Origin: Cystobasidiomycetes sp. EMM_F5
Taxonomy: Eukaryota
DNA length: 64,000 bases
Direction of reading: 5' to 3'
Assembly (NCBI GenBank): GCA_051047955.1
Contig: JBPGPT010000013.1
Coordinates: 124,001 to 188,000, forward strand
Below, piece by piece: positions 52,001 to 64,000 of the stretch. Each line of letters starts with the position of its first letter. Positions within the stretch are counted from its first letter, which is position 1. Below the pieces are notes generated by a model that was given only the letters and a program-made list of their open reading frames with translations, made no database searches and was not told the DNA's origin. The translations under genes and the position numbers were made by a program.

Positions 52001-53495
52001 CTACGATTGCCTTGACTGCTGCTTGACCCTCTCTAGGTAGGCTTTGTATGGCGGATTGGTGGGCGGTCCAACTGGATCTAATGAGGGTCCCTCTGGAGCA
52101 GGGTATGTTTTGTCGGCATCAAAACCTCTGCATAACGCGAGATATCGTCAGCGTTGTACTGGTATATGCCTTGCGACTGACGAAAGATCTCCGCATGCAA
52201 CAAAGGGCGCAATGACCCGCATATCTTCCTTTGCCGAATCGTACGCAAAGTCAAGAAGAGGCTTGCTCATATCCGGCTTGAAGCCGGCAGGAAGCTTGTA
52301 ATTTCGGCAGACGACGAAGGCCTCTGCGAGAGCAACACGTTAGGGCATGTTAGACCTAGGCCGGGACGTCGTGGCAAATGTAGCCTCACCCATTGAACTG
52401 TTCCGCGAACTTCGCGGCTTCGAGCATGTCACCTTCTCAAAGAAGCACCCTAGCTGGTCGTACAGCAGTGAAACATCCCTGCCTCGAAAGATCTTTGCGA
52501 TGAATGTTCCGCCTGGTTTCAGGATATGCAAGGTGATGCCCAAGGCCTGAGTGAGCATTGAAACCCCATTCAGTTGGCTAGAGTCCTGACGCCAGTGCGC
52601 GATTTACGTACTGCCAGGAGTAGTTGTGCCTGCATGAATTCATCAAGGTCGTGAAGTCCAGTGACTGCGTATTGTCCTGGTATCAATCTGACATTGTCGC
52701 AATTATCACAAGGACAGCCTTACCGTCGGGTGCGCCATCGCACACTACCACTGCAAGATACTGTCAACCTTGGCTTGTTGTTTGCTACTGAAGCAGCTTA
52801 CGATCAGCCAGCTCGCCTTTGAAGTTGTCAATGATGGCTTGAGCAGTAGTTGCCTGTGTAATGTCGCCTACGAGCTGCACCACGTCCGCAAGGGGTGCCT
52901 GTGTCGCGACTCTGTTAGTCCGGGTCCTGACTGTTATCTTTTTTTAGGTCACCATCGGCTGTAAGTCTACCGCGACGATGGTGGCTTTAGGATGAGCATT
53001 AGGTCGGTCCTTGCTGTCGGTAAATCGTCACATCAAATCCATGCAGGCGGAGGATACAAGCGCCTACATTAGCTTCTGACTCAGGACCTGAGACCAGCTT
53101 CCTGTATACGCTGAGGGTGAGCTATCGTCATCCGTGCGAATGACTTTCCAGCCGTACCTGGAGCTGCGCATAAATCTGCAACAAGGGAGACTCCTTCAAA
53201 GAGGTTATATTCCTCGTCCAGGTGTAACAGCTGAGTTGGAATCCGTTTCAGGTCAGCCATGTAAGCGGTGTTTGCATTGCATCCGCTGACCTTATACGCT
53301 GACCGCGCCCGGTAGCCGTCGCTCTTGCCCAAACGGTCTGTAGGATAGGCTTCAGCTTCTGAGCATAGCATTGCAGCGAGGTCAGTGTTAGTAATATAAG
53401 CACAGTAGATGTCCCGCTTGTCCTTTGAAGATTTGCCTGCGAACTATACATCAGATTGCATTTCCATCGGGTGCAAGGGTCTCTTTCGCACCCAT
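52001..53495 (-). CDS. TRM7: tRNA (C32/N34) 2'-O-methyltransferase, FtsJ family; ~11 introns
   Basis: [83 protein letters not shown] after manual splicing. Confidence 0.95.
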
Positions 53496-53655
53496 TACGA
53501 CGACAATTCAGACGATGCCTCTGCAGCTATGACTCCGATTGAATCTCCCTCTTCGCTTCAGAACTTGCAGCCTTGACGCGCGAGTCGGCAGCTGGCCAAC
53601 CTGAGTGACCCCCCAGCCAGCTCCTGCAGGGCAATCCTGGCAATCCAGCTCCACA

Positions 53656-54918
53656 ATGCAGCTTCTCAGCACGCCAGTCGCAAAGAATATCGCCTCTGCC
53701 TTTTCAGACTCGCCGCTGTCGACGCCCTCAAAGACGCCAGCAAGAGGTGTTGCGATGGGGTTCGTAGACAATGTTGACGGCGAGAATAACGACGACGACG
53801 GCGACTCGTACATGCTCGGCGAAGGAGAGTTCTACGTAGAGGCTATCGTCGACAGGCGGGGCGCGCGCGATAGCAGTAAACTGCGATACAGGATACGATG
53901 GGTAGGCTATGTTATATCGCAGGTCGCGGACGAGGCGACTAAGACATATTTGCTGTTCTCAGAAAGGCTACGGATCCGACGAAGACACGTAGGCCTTGCA
54001 CAGCTTAGTCGCAACCGTGTTGTCGGGCATTGACTTACTGGACAATACCCGTGCAGATGGGAAGCGAAACGCGACATTAACGCAAAGTCGCTCGTCGACG
54101 ACTATGACAGATTGCACCCTTTCCCTCAGGTTACCGACCGCAAAAAGCGCATCCGCCAACCCAACAAGAAGTCATTATTATCACCTGGACGTCCATCAAC
54201 ATCTAGACTGCCATACAATGAAGACGATAGTCGAAATAAACGGCGTCGAGGGGACCACGAAACGACCTCTCCCGCACCGGCATTGTTCGTAGCCTCACAT
54301 TACGATGCGTCGGAGTATCTGATTCCCGAAGTATACGCACTGGCGGAACCCGCCTTTCGACGAATCCTCCGCGATGTATTCAAGACCCAGCGTTCAGACT
54401 TCATCAGGAGACGAGCCATTGTGGTGCATCCAGCGTCGCTCGTCGCCTTTCGGTCTCGACACCATCAAACGAGTGCGAAGCCCTTCATGAAGGCTGGACT
54501 GGATCGTACACTTTCTGCTATTTCATTACAGCAGATGGGCGTTTTGGATCCGCCTAGTCTGCCCGAGGATGTCTTTAGTATGACCAAACTCGATATATAC
54601 ACCAAAGCGGGGGAGGCTTACAAACTAGCATGGGGTCACGGTCTGGAACATTGGTTTCAAGAAGCTGGTGAGTCCCACTCCTCTGTGTATAGATTTGTTG
54701 TGCAACGCTTACTTGCAGACATCTCTGGACGCAACGCAGTGTATATCGTCAATGCCATCGTTGACCTCCAAACATCAGGTCGCATCCGGCAAGGCAGTCG
54801 CATCCGATTCCTCGTTCGCAAGAAACTGCCAAACTTTGTCCAATTTTGCAAAGACGCGGGTGTCGAAGTGGTCGATATGGAGACGCTCAATAAGGAACTG
54901 AAGCATGTGAATATCTAA
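53656..54918 (+). CDS. Chromodomain protein with unrecognised C-terminal domain
   Basis: Spliced chromodomain FYVEAIVDRR..RYRIRW|KGYGSDEDT|WE via a 26-nt exon at 53963-53988; continues in frame to 54918. Confidence 0.8.
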
Positions 54919-55373
54919 CAATATCATAGTCTGTTATGACGGTATGTAACGGACTCTGCAGCTGAACTCTGTAGCATCTATTGGCTTGGCCTCTATTCGC
55001 ACGTTCACTGTGTTCGCAGTAGAATACAAACATCGCCGTCGCCTTCGTGTTGAGATAATGTTCTCTACGTGAGAGTTATTGTAAGACTCCCTATTCGTGT
55101 CTTTGCCCTTCACTGTTATTCGGTCTCCTTCGATCTCCTGTCTAATACGTGCAGCCTGCTACCCTATTTGCTCCTTACGCGCCTCTTCTGCTGCAGGCAG
55201 CGGGTTTGCCGTCACATCGTAAAGCAGGGCGACACCGTTGAAGTGGTGTAAGCCTGATGTAAAGCAAGTAGTATTCGTAAGCCTCACGATCTGTCCATAT
55301 TATCGTCATAAGCGCTTGAAAATAAACACTGCTAGTTGCAGCATTTGCGAGCATATCGGATGTCCCCCCGTGT

Positions 55374-56376
55374 TCAGGCAGTAATCAGCGAGAGCATCGA
55401 CGAGACGTCAACAGTGGGCGGTCGATTGTCTGGTAGAATGAATCGACATGTTGGACATGTGGTGCTTCTGATCCAGCATTCTGTGCAGAGTAAATGGCTA
55501 AATACAAATCGTCAGTTTTGGTCAGCCTCGATGGGATGCGGATGTCGACTTGACGGCTGACCTGCAAGGAAGTAGCAGAGTTTGTTTCTTGGCAGGGTTT
55601 TTGCCGCATCCCTTGCAAGATAGAACGATACGCTTGAGGTTTGAGTCACCAGATGCTAACTTCGCATTTGGATGAAGACGTGAGTGCTTCGTCTTTAGGT
55701 CATCATCTGATGATCTGTCGCTATCGAATCTTCCGGAACTAAGCGGCACGGAAGGATGGAAGCGCACTCGGCGTTTGCCAGCATCTGCAGAAGTACGCAT
55801 GTGCTGCCGTACATGATTTTCTGCGACATCGCTATCGAGCCCTCTGTCTATGGAGGCTTTGAAGCGGAGGTCAGACAGGACGTCGCGCATCTCGTAAGCA
55901 GTCGGAGTGGAAGCCGCCTTCTTGACTTGCGGCTCGTGGGCATCAGATGAATCACCGCCATCGATGAACGACTTGAAGGTCTGTGCGCGTGTAACAGATG
56001 GCGGAGAACGTCGGACAATCGGCATGCGCCTACCCGGGCCGGTAGGAAGTCGTGGGACTAGCGGCTGTCGGGCAGGACTGGGTCTCCAAAGTGATGGACT
56101 GATTGTCTCTTTGGTCGAGGCTGACAGCAAGCGACGTGCCTCGTGGGGCGCGCAGGTTGATGACTTTAGCATAGGACCTTGAGCCACCACAGCGTCTCGG
56201 ACTCGACGGTCATTTGCATCTAGGAAGCGCTCAGAATCATGGAATGATGCGTCGGATGTTGAGGGCAACTTACGACCAAGACTTTGGGCATTTGCTTTGC
56301 GCATATGTACCAATGTGCGGGCTGGAAGGAGAGCAGGTGAGTACGCTGGGATACGCAGACCTATACTACTCAGCAT
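55374..56376 (-). CDS. Protein with C-terminal RING-HC (C3HC4) finger
   Basis: Intron 55498-55561 joins CKGC...LLLPC to SHLLCTECWIRSTTCPTCR; stop TGA at 55374-55376. Confidence 0.75.
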
Positions 56377-56528
56377 TTACCGACGCGCAGCTTGACGTGC
56401 TGAATCATTTCTTCTGACGGCATTTCTTGAGCGAGGTGGGCTGGTGGGAACGCAAAGTCAGGTCCCCCTGTACAGCCTATCGGTCTCGTCGTCAATTATG
56501 AAAGCGTGCAGATAGTTGTCAGGTGCAT

Positions 56529-57093
56529 TCACATACCTTTTCTGAATGTCCAGAGGAGCTCTAGGAGCATCGTTGCCGCCCTAGGGTTGTTGATACCGTA
56601 GACCGAGAAGTACTTGTCGTAGTAATGGAGTATACTGCGGATGTAGGGCTGTAAATCCTTGATGATGTAACGAACGTCGGGGTGACTAAACTGCGGATAC
56701 TGAGTGTTCACGAGACAAACAGCGAGAAACAGTGCTTCTAATGTATTGACTTCCGGACCACCGAAGCTGAAAACACTGCCATGACTAGCTTCGACACGGA
56801 CTGTAGTGAGATAGCAGATCGTGTCCATGTATGCTCCGAGGAGCGACCATGCCTGTTAATTATGACATTAAGAGTCGAAGATTGTCCAAACGTGTAGCAT
56901 GAGTCCTGCTTACTGCTTCAGTAGGCATTGACGAAATGTAGCGGTACACCCTGTGTTTGACCGAGTTGATGCCAGACACTAACGCTGGGCGCCATCGTGC
57001 CACTTCATACTCGTAGCCGGGCAGGGCTGGAGGATTGAGGGGTTCTAGTTCAACATGTCCAGGTCTATCAGATCGAGTAGGAGGAAGGGTCAT
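56529..57093 (-). CDS. Hypothetical protein (~165 aa), 2 exons
   Basis: ATG 57093 (MTLPPTRS); a GTAAGC...TTAACAG intron joins in frame to the 56529-56828 ORF. Confidence 0.55.
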
Positions 57094-57351
57094 GGTGAAC
57101 AATGGGTAACCGAGGGCTCGGACAAGGAAGGAAGTACTAGCGTGGCAGCACAGTCAGTGGGCGTCAACGTCGTCAGTATGTCCAAGTCTCGCTTCTTCTG
57201 CGCAAGAAGCGTTAACCGTCCGGTTGGAGCAGATGAGAGAGTAGAAGCAGCAATGGCCATACAGCAGCGGTGTGGCGAACAATGAGCAGCAGGCCAATGC
57301 ACAGAACAATACTAACAAGTTACTATGAGGTCGGCGCGTACGAGCAGAGTA

Positions 57352-58848
57352 TCAAGCTGGTACAAGCTTGTGTCGATCAAGGGTCTTGTGCAATCTCGCA
57401 AGCACGTCTCGGGATACATTGACAGCAGGATCCAAGTCCTTTAGCGAAGATTGTCCGTGAAGCGAGAAAGCAGCCAGAGCGAGATAGGTATGATACACAT
57501 CTAGGATAATATTCCACGATTAGCTCGTTGCTCACATGACTAAATTGACCTGTCAAAGCCTTACCTGGGTATTCTCCAGGGAATTTAGCGATACCCCCCA
57601 TACGCGGCATTTGACATAAGCACAGAAATTTGAGCTCGTTATCATTCCGTGGCGGCCTACAGGCAGGATCATCTTGTCCCAGAAGCTGGAGTGACGCGCC
57701 GACCCAGAAGCTGTAGCAGGCGTCTGGCGATTTGCCTGGTCTACCCTGACATCCTGTAACACTCTCGTCTCTCAACTCGCTTAGAAAGGATTGGTTGTTG
57801 TCGTAGTCCCAAAAATCCTCTTCGTCCAAGTCGTCTAGATCCAGAGGAGTCACGCGATGAGCTAGCCAGTCAACAGTCCTCACACGATGTTCAAGCTGGT
57901 TCAGACGACCAGCTAGTGCGAGCGAAGCTATGGCGCAGTATGTCGTGCCGCCTTTTGTTCGGATTCAGTATGAGTTTCGACGATGTCTGAATGCCTTGTG
58001 CACGGACCCTGTGATTCCAGCAGCGGTTTCTGGCCGAAGGCATAGTCATAGTTCTGACAAGCGTTCCGTACATAAGCAGCGTTATATACATGATGAACGA
58101 CCTCGCTCACGCGGCAGCGCATAATGTACGCTATCGCAGCAGAGACATCGATTTGATCCATTGCTCTGCAAAGAGTGCAGATGACGAGAGCGCAGTAGAC
58201 GAACCGGACATCGCGTTCGTCCGAGCCTGGAAAAGGTGCAAAGCTGGTTGTCCATCAATACAGCAGCGTTTGGCGATCAACACAGCACGACCTACCTCCC
58301 GTCAATCGCCTGACAGGCGTTGACGAAGTTGATGGTGCCGGATATATCGAAGCGAGTGAAATCATCTCGCAGGATACCGAGACAGAGGATGGCAGTGTAG
58401 GTCATGGCTATATGCGCTGGTTCAGCAGAGCTATTCTGCAGAAGATTTATTAGTAGGTATATAGGCTGAACCGGCAACAAACCTACAGACAGCCCTACAT
58501 GCGGTCCTCCACGGAATCCAGCTGCATGTCCATTCTTGACCTGCTGAGCGTATATCCAGTCGATATAGCCCGCTCTCGCCTGGGCGTCCAGCTCGTCAAT
58601 CTTGCCCAGCAGCTCCAAGCTGGACAGCGCAAAGAAGGCGAGAGACAGCCTGGAATGATGGACCCTCAGCCAGTCAAGCCATACAGCTGTGCAAGTCCCA
58701 CTCGCCGGCTGCAGTCTTCGCTCTCGTACGGCGTGGGCAGCATAGTCAGGCATCGTTTGGCGTACTTTACGTGCTGCTCTGGATGAAACGCCAGCCGGTC
58801 GAGCATGAGCTTCGACGGCGACGACGACGAGCTTCCGACGTTGTCCAT
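57352..58848 (-). CDS. CDC43: Geranylgeranyltransferase type-I beta subunit
   Basis: 'HVKYAKRCLTMLP.PY..ED', 'GFRGG', 'HIAMTYTAIL.LGILRDD', 'QGRPGKSPDACYSFWVG', 'GGIAKFPG.YPD.YH.YL'. Confidence 0.9.
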
Positions 58849-59032
58849 GGTGATTCTTGGACAGAACCAGGCAGCATGGCTAGGTCTGCATTGATTGTTG
58901 GTTGTCGGAGGTCACAGCTTGGAGAGTAGCATTTCTACGCGGACATCGACAGTCGATGATTACTGTATTCATTACATTGACAACGGATCCGTCCGCCTAC
59001 ACTCAGCCAGACGCGCCGCACACTCGCCCCTC

Positions 59033-60157
59033 CTATTGCCATTCTGCCAAAAACACCTCCTTACCGGCTGGCTTGCCGACGAGTGTAATAGCCTCTCCCG
59101 CTGGCTCGACTGTTCTCCGTCCAGATTGTGGTCCAGGTTTGGGTTCACGTCCAGCTGCCATCTCATCGAGAACCTTCTTGATACTTTCGGGCGTGAGGTC
59201 CTCCTGCATACAGAAGACCCGGTCAGCCGGTGATGTGTCATACATGTCGTAGCTCACGTACATAGAAGTCATCATTGATCTGAATCATCGGCGCATTCGA
59301 GCAAGCGCCCAAGCATTCCGCTTCGATAAGGGTAAACTTGCGATCCTTTGTCGTCTCACCGACCTTGATGCCAAGATGATCCTTGACTGTCTGGAGGATG
59401 AGATCCGAGCCGCATCCTCCGAGCTGGCACGGCGTCGTAGTGCACACTTGTAGAAAGTGCTCGCCTATGGGTTCCCGGTTGAACATGGTGTAGAAGGTGG
59501 CTACTTCGTACACTCGCATCGGCGGCATTTCGAGTAGTTTGGCAACGTAGTTCATGCATGATATGCTGGTCCAACCTCTATTCTGGCGTTGAGCTAGGTC
59601 GAGAAGGGGAATAACGGCTGCCTTTTTGTACTGGGGATGCCCGATGAGCGTTTAAACTGGCCTGTAACTCAAAGGCAGGGTCTGTCTGTACTTCACTCAC
59701 TTGTGGAGGATATCTGCCGATAATGGTCTTTGCCAGCTCCATGTTTCTATAGCGGGTCGTCAGCTTGAAGTGTCTGGAGCTTGGGGCCCGAACTAATCAA
59801 TCACTTCTTGTCGAATTCAAACGGAATCTGGACAATAGGAGCGTAATTAGCACCCCATTAAAGCATATACCGAGGAATGAAGCTCACTGCCGAGTTGTTC
59901 TGCATACATCCAAAACGCAGACCAATGAGGATGTGCGGAAAAGCGGGCAGGCCACCGAGTTGGAGAGAGTCAGCGAGCGACTGGGTTGGGAAACAAATAC
60001 GACCTACATAGTCAGTATCGCGGTGGACAAAGAGACTGTCGCTCCGCCTCGAGGCCGTGCTCGCCATCCACCTGGCTGCGGGTGTTGGCTTGGACGAGTT
60101 GGCTGCAGCCTGGCGGACGCAGCGAGTTGCGAGTGAGCGCAGGACTGTCGACGACAT
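59033..60157 (-). CDS. NDUFV2: NADH:ubiquinone oxidoreductase 24-kDa subunit (NDUFV2), mitochondrial
   Basis: Presequence, [43 protein letters not shown] and [10 protein letters not shown] 2Fe-2S ligands. Confidence 0.96.
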
Positions 60158-60400
60158 GGCCGTGCAGGTTTATAAGCAGGGTATGATATTTTTGTTGCTG
60201 ATGACCAGAGGAAAGCTGCGACGCACTTCTTTGTCGTCGTCGAGATATCCGATCATGGATTCATGTGATCCAAGCTTGAGTAATTACTCTTTCATTCACA
60301 TACTGACTGAGTCTGTATTGATACTTACTCCACTGACACATCCGTACACCTTCAATCCACACGCTCCAATTTGAACGAGATCCAGCAGACACCATCAACG

Positions 60401-63391
60401 ATGATGACGACGACAACGACAACGTCCAGCTGTCCGCACTTGGCCAGCCTAAATTTGCAACCACCCCGCTTCAACCAGCCAGTAGAGAGGGAGACGTGCA
60501 CTCAATGCTTCGATTCCCAGGACACGCCAGAGGGAAACGACGTCTGCTTGACGTGCTTCAACGGCGGATGTCCCAGGTTGCACGCGCAGGCTCATGCAGA
60601 CAAGTTTCCTGGTCATCCGATAGTGGTGAACGTGAAGAGAACGCGCAAGCCGAGACCAGCCGCCTCGAACTCTCCAACCGCTAGAAATGTAGGTCAGGTA
60701 CAGCACTGAATGTATCCATGTATGCTGACCACTACGCTGTATGTGCAAAGGCCTCCGGAGAGCCTCCCAATAAAAAGTTGGCAATCAGGGAGGAAGCGCC
60801 AGAGCATGAAAAGTATGACTTTCAAACAAGCCTGAAATGCTATGCTTGTAACGGCCAGGAAATAGCTGGTAATCAACAGGTGCCCCTACCTTACATACTG
60901 CTACCACATCATGCTGACATGTATACAGACCGACAGAATCGTCGCTGCTGTCATGGAGACCGCCTCAAGCGCAAAGCAGTCCGAAGTGAAAGCATGGGAA
61001 GCTGAGTTGTCCTCATGCAAACATTTAGGAGACTTGGTGCAAGAGACAGCAAAGAAGCTTGAGCAGTCTGGGCTGGCGCATTGTTCAGAGTGCGGACTGA
61101 CGGGCAACCTGTGGCTCTGCCTTACTTGTGGCTCTCTGTCTTGCGGTCGACAGCAGTTCGGTGGTGTAGGCGGGAATGGACATGCTCTCCAGCACTTTCA
61201 TCAGACACAGCATGCTACTGCAGTCAAGTTGGGTACTATCGAGCCTGATGGGACGGCCGACATCTACTGCTACGCCTGCGACGAAGAACGTATCGACCCA
61301 CAATTGGCAACGCATCTATCCAATTGGGGCATCAATGTGGAGCAGCAAACAAAGACGGAAAAATCACTTACGGAGTTGCAAGTTGAGCAGAATCTGAAAT
61401 TTGACTTTGCCATGACTGGAGAGGACGGAAAGGACCTCGAGCCTCTGTTCGGACCAGGCTTGACGGGATTGGCGAATCTTGGCAATTCGTGCTACATGGC
61501 TTCCGTTCTCCAAACGCTCTTCTCCCTGCCCGCGTTTGCGGATCGCTATCTGACCAAGGGGACCGTGCACGCACTGACATGCACAAACGTCTCGCCTGCC
61601 TCGTGCTTCGAATGTCAGATGGCCAAAATTGCAGACGGACTACTGTCCGGTCGATATTCCACACCCCGGACTGTAGACTCCCCTTCATCAGATGACGCTA
61701 CTGCCGAATCTTTCGCTCCAGCTGGTTCAGGTCAAGCTGAGTCAGTGTCGGAACCGGTACAGTCTACGCCTACCAAGCCATTCCAAGAAGGTCTCCGTCC
61801 ATCAGGGTTCAAGGCGCTTGTCGGTAAAGGCCACGAGGAGTTCAAGACGATGAGACAGCAAGATAGCGAAGAATTCTTCAAGCATTTAATAGGCATCATA
61901 CAGCGGGAATCTCGTTCAGCAGCCGCTGGTGGCGGTACCATTCTCGACGACGAGGGAAATTTGGATCCTACAGAAACCTTTCAGTTCAACATGGAAGAAC
62001 GGCTGCAATGCACTGAATGTAAAGGAGTTAGGTACAAGACAGTGTCAGAGGAAACGCTCACCCTTCCGATACCATTCATCGAAAAGCCTTCGTCTGGCTC
62101 AGCCGAGGATGACATGCATGTAGACTCCAAGGGCAAAGCGCCGATTGAAGGCGAGAATGCTGCGCCAGCAGTGACTTCTACGACAGCAAGTATCTCGGCG
62201 GGAAAGAAGACAGAATGGCAATCGGTAGAGCTGCAAGAGTGTTTGAACCTCCTCACAGCGGCAGGTACTATCGAGTACAAATGCCCCAAGTGCGATAAGA
62301 ATGTTTATGCCAATAAATCGACAAAGTTTGCGTCGTTCCCGGATACACTTGTTCTTCATGCACAGCGGTTCAGATTGCACAATTGGGTGCCCGAGAAGAT
62401 CGGTAAGTGACGCGGCGATGTCAACTGCAGATATTCTGTCCACTGACGTGAAGCCAATGCGTTTTCAATCTCGTTTCAGATGTGCCTGTCATTCTCCCAG
62501 TCGATGTTCTGACGCTGGACAGCTACCTCGGAAGTGGCAAGAGGGAAGGAGAAGAGGAGTTACCGCAAGAGGCAGAGTGTTGGTGCTACTTGACTATCAA
62601 CTATAGTCTCAGGCTTACATGATCCCTCGATACATATAGCTGCCCCGGAAGTTCAGTACAATGCAGCAGCCATGGCTACGCTCCAAGGAATGGGCTTCCC
62701 GGCTATTCGCTGTCAAAAGGCTCTATTGGCCACAGGAAACGCTGATGCTGAAGCTGCCATGAACTGGCTATTTCAACATATGGAAGATTCAGGTATGGCG
62801 TTGCGCGTACCTTCTGATTTACATCAAGCAAGCTTATCACTTGCCTGTGACAGACATCGATGATCCGATACCTCCAAATACCGAATCTAAATCAGCTGCT
62901 TCCGATGAACCTTCCGCGGATCAGATTTCGATGGTTACGGACATGGGCTTCACTGCTGCTCAAGCTCGAAAGGCTTTGCGCGAGACTGTACGTTAGAGAG
63001 GTCACCCTCTTACACATCATGCTGAGTGTCTTATCAGGGTGGAGCCGTTGATCGTGCAGTAGACTGGCTCTTTTCCCATCCGGACGATATGGGTGACGAC
63101 GGTAGTGCGGTGACTGGAGGAGAAGCTGGCTCGAACAGCCAAGTCGCCTCGATCAAGGGTTCTCGCAATGTACCCGCAGCATACACTCTCAAGGCATTCA
63201 TTACGCACAAAGGCCCATCTGTGCACTCGGGCCACTATGTCGCTCACGTCAACGTGTCTGGCCTCGGCTGGGTGCTCTTCAACGATGAAAAGGTAGTCAG
63301 TGCCAACGGAGGCGCTCAGGCCGCTTCTGCTCTCGCACCGTTCTCATACATGTACTTTTACGAGCGCGTCAAGCCAGACGTCGTTGCGTAG
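60401..63391 (+). CDS. UBP14: Ubiquitin C-terminal hydrolase Ubp14/USP5 (isopeptidase T)
   Basis: Zn-UBP domains, Cys box GLANLGNSCY, QQDSEEF, two UBA domains (MGF...AMNWLF; MGFT..AVDWLF), His box HKGPSVHSGHY, WVLFNDEKV. Confidence 0.96.
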
Positions 63392-63586
63392 ATCATCCCA
63401 ATCTCCCAAATTAGCACAAAGCTGCTGTAGCGCAGGCTGAGGGCAGGCATGAAGTCAAAGAAGTAGCGTTACATTGTTTGTTGTTTTAGCAGCAGTCGTC
63501 GCGTCCTATATTGCGCAACGTCATCGAAACCCTGCAGCTCTTTCATTCAAGAGGCGCATATTACCCCCGAGCTGCATCATCGTCTA

Positions 63587-64000
63587 CTAAGCCATACCGC
63601 AGATGCTGAGGGTAGACATCTCTGCCAGTGCTGCCTCGACTTGCGCGTCAAGCTGTCCGTTTGCGTAATCCTCGCGCACATTCTCTGCAAAGTATCGTTG
63701 TACACCACCTAGCTTCTCGTAGCCTTCTTCAGCAAACTTGAGCTGCATTCTGCACATGCTCTCAAATGACTGCAAGTAGAACAGATGTCAACTTTACGAA
63801 GCGTGGCTGACGACGATGAGGTAAACCTACCGGATCCAGGTAGGGCACTCGTAAGTCCAGGACTTGTGGTAATTCGGTCTTCAATTGGTTATCAAGGGCT
63901 TCGAAAACTGCATAAAGATCGCATTTGAGCTCTTGAAGTAAACTACCGTCTGTATGCAAAACGTACTCTCTTTCGCTTCGTCCGCTTGCCGTTCAGCCAA
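63587..64000 (-). CDS. RVS161: Amphiphysin-like BAR protein Rvs161/Hob3, 3' part (truncated by window edge)
   Basis: 'LKTELPQVLDLRVPYLDP|SFE...MQLKFAEEGY..L..VQRYF...REDYANGQLD..VE..L.EM..LSI'. Confidence 0.88.

Overview
This is gene-dense, intron-rich eukaryotic nuclear DNA of fungal, most likely basidiomycete, origin. That call rests on short GT-AG introns of about 55-165 nt with CTRAY-like branch points, a Cap10-like GT90 gene and a Zn2Cys6 factor. I assembled about 29 protein-coding genes by joining ORF fragments across introns by hand. Most are housekeeping genes: RSA4/NLE1, a YANK/STK32-type kinase, PRO1, cohesin SCC3/STAG, exportin-T LOS1, an amidase, a Zap1-like zinc regulator, SYF2, APN2, a Zn2Cys6 factor, an aspartic protease, SDS3, a GT90/CAP10 family gene, TRM7, GGTase-I beta, the complex I 24-kDa subunit, UBP14 and the 3' end of RVS161. 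Many lie head-to-head across 150-400 bp gaps. I saw no rRNA, tRNA, transposon or CRISPR, and no clear multi-gene novel system. The best leads are: (1) a degenerate acyl-CoA-synthetase-like protein divergently paired with a palmitoyltransferase carrying DHCC instead of DHHC; (2) a RING-HC domain visible only after splicing, on a protein with a mitochondrial-presequence-like N-terminus; (3) a Cys-rich, metallothionein-like first exon of the Zap1-like gene that intron retention could release as a separate peptide; (4) a diverged ~130-bp tandem duplication over the SDS3 stop codon; (5) several orphan genes with recognisable motifs. CDS coordinates are gene spans including introns. Exon boundaries and family calls come from reading the sequence, not from database searches.
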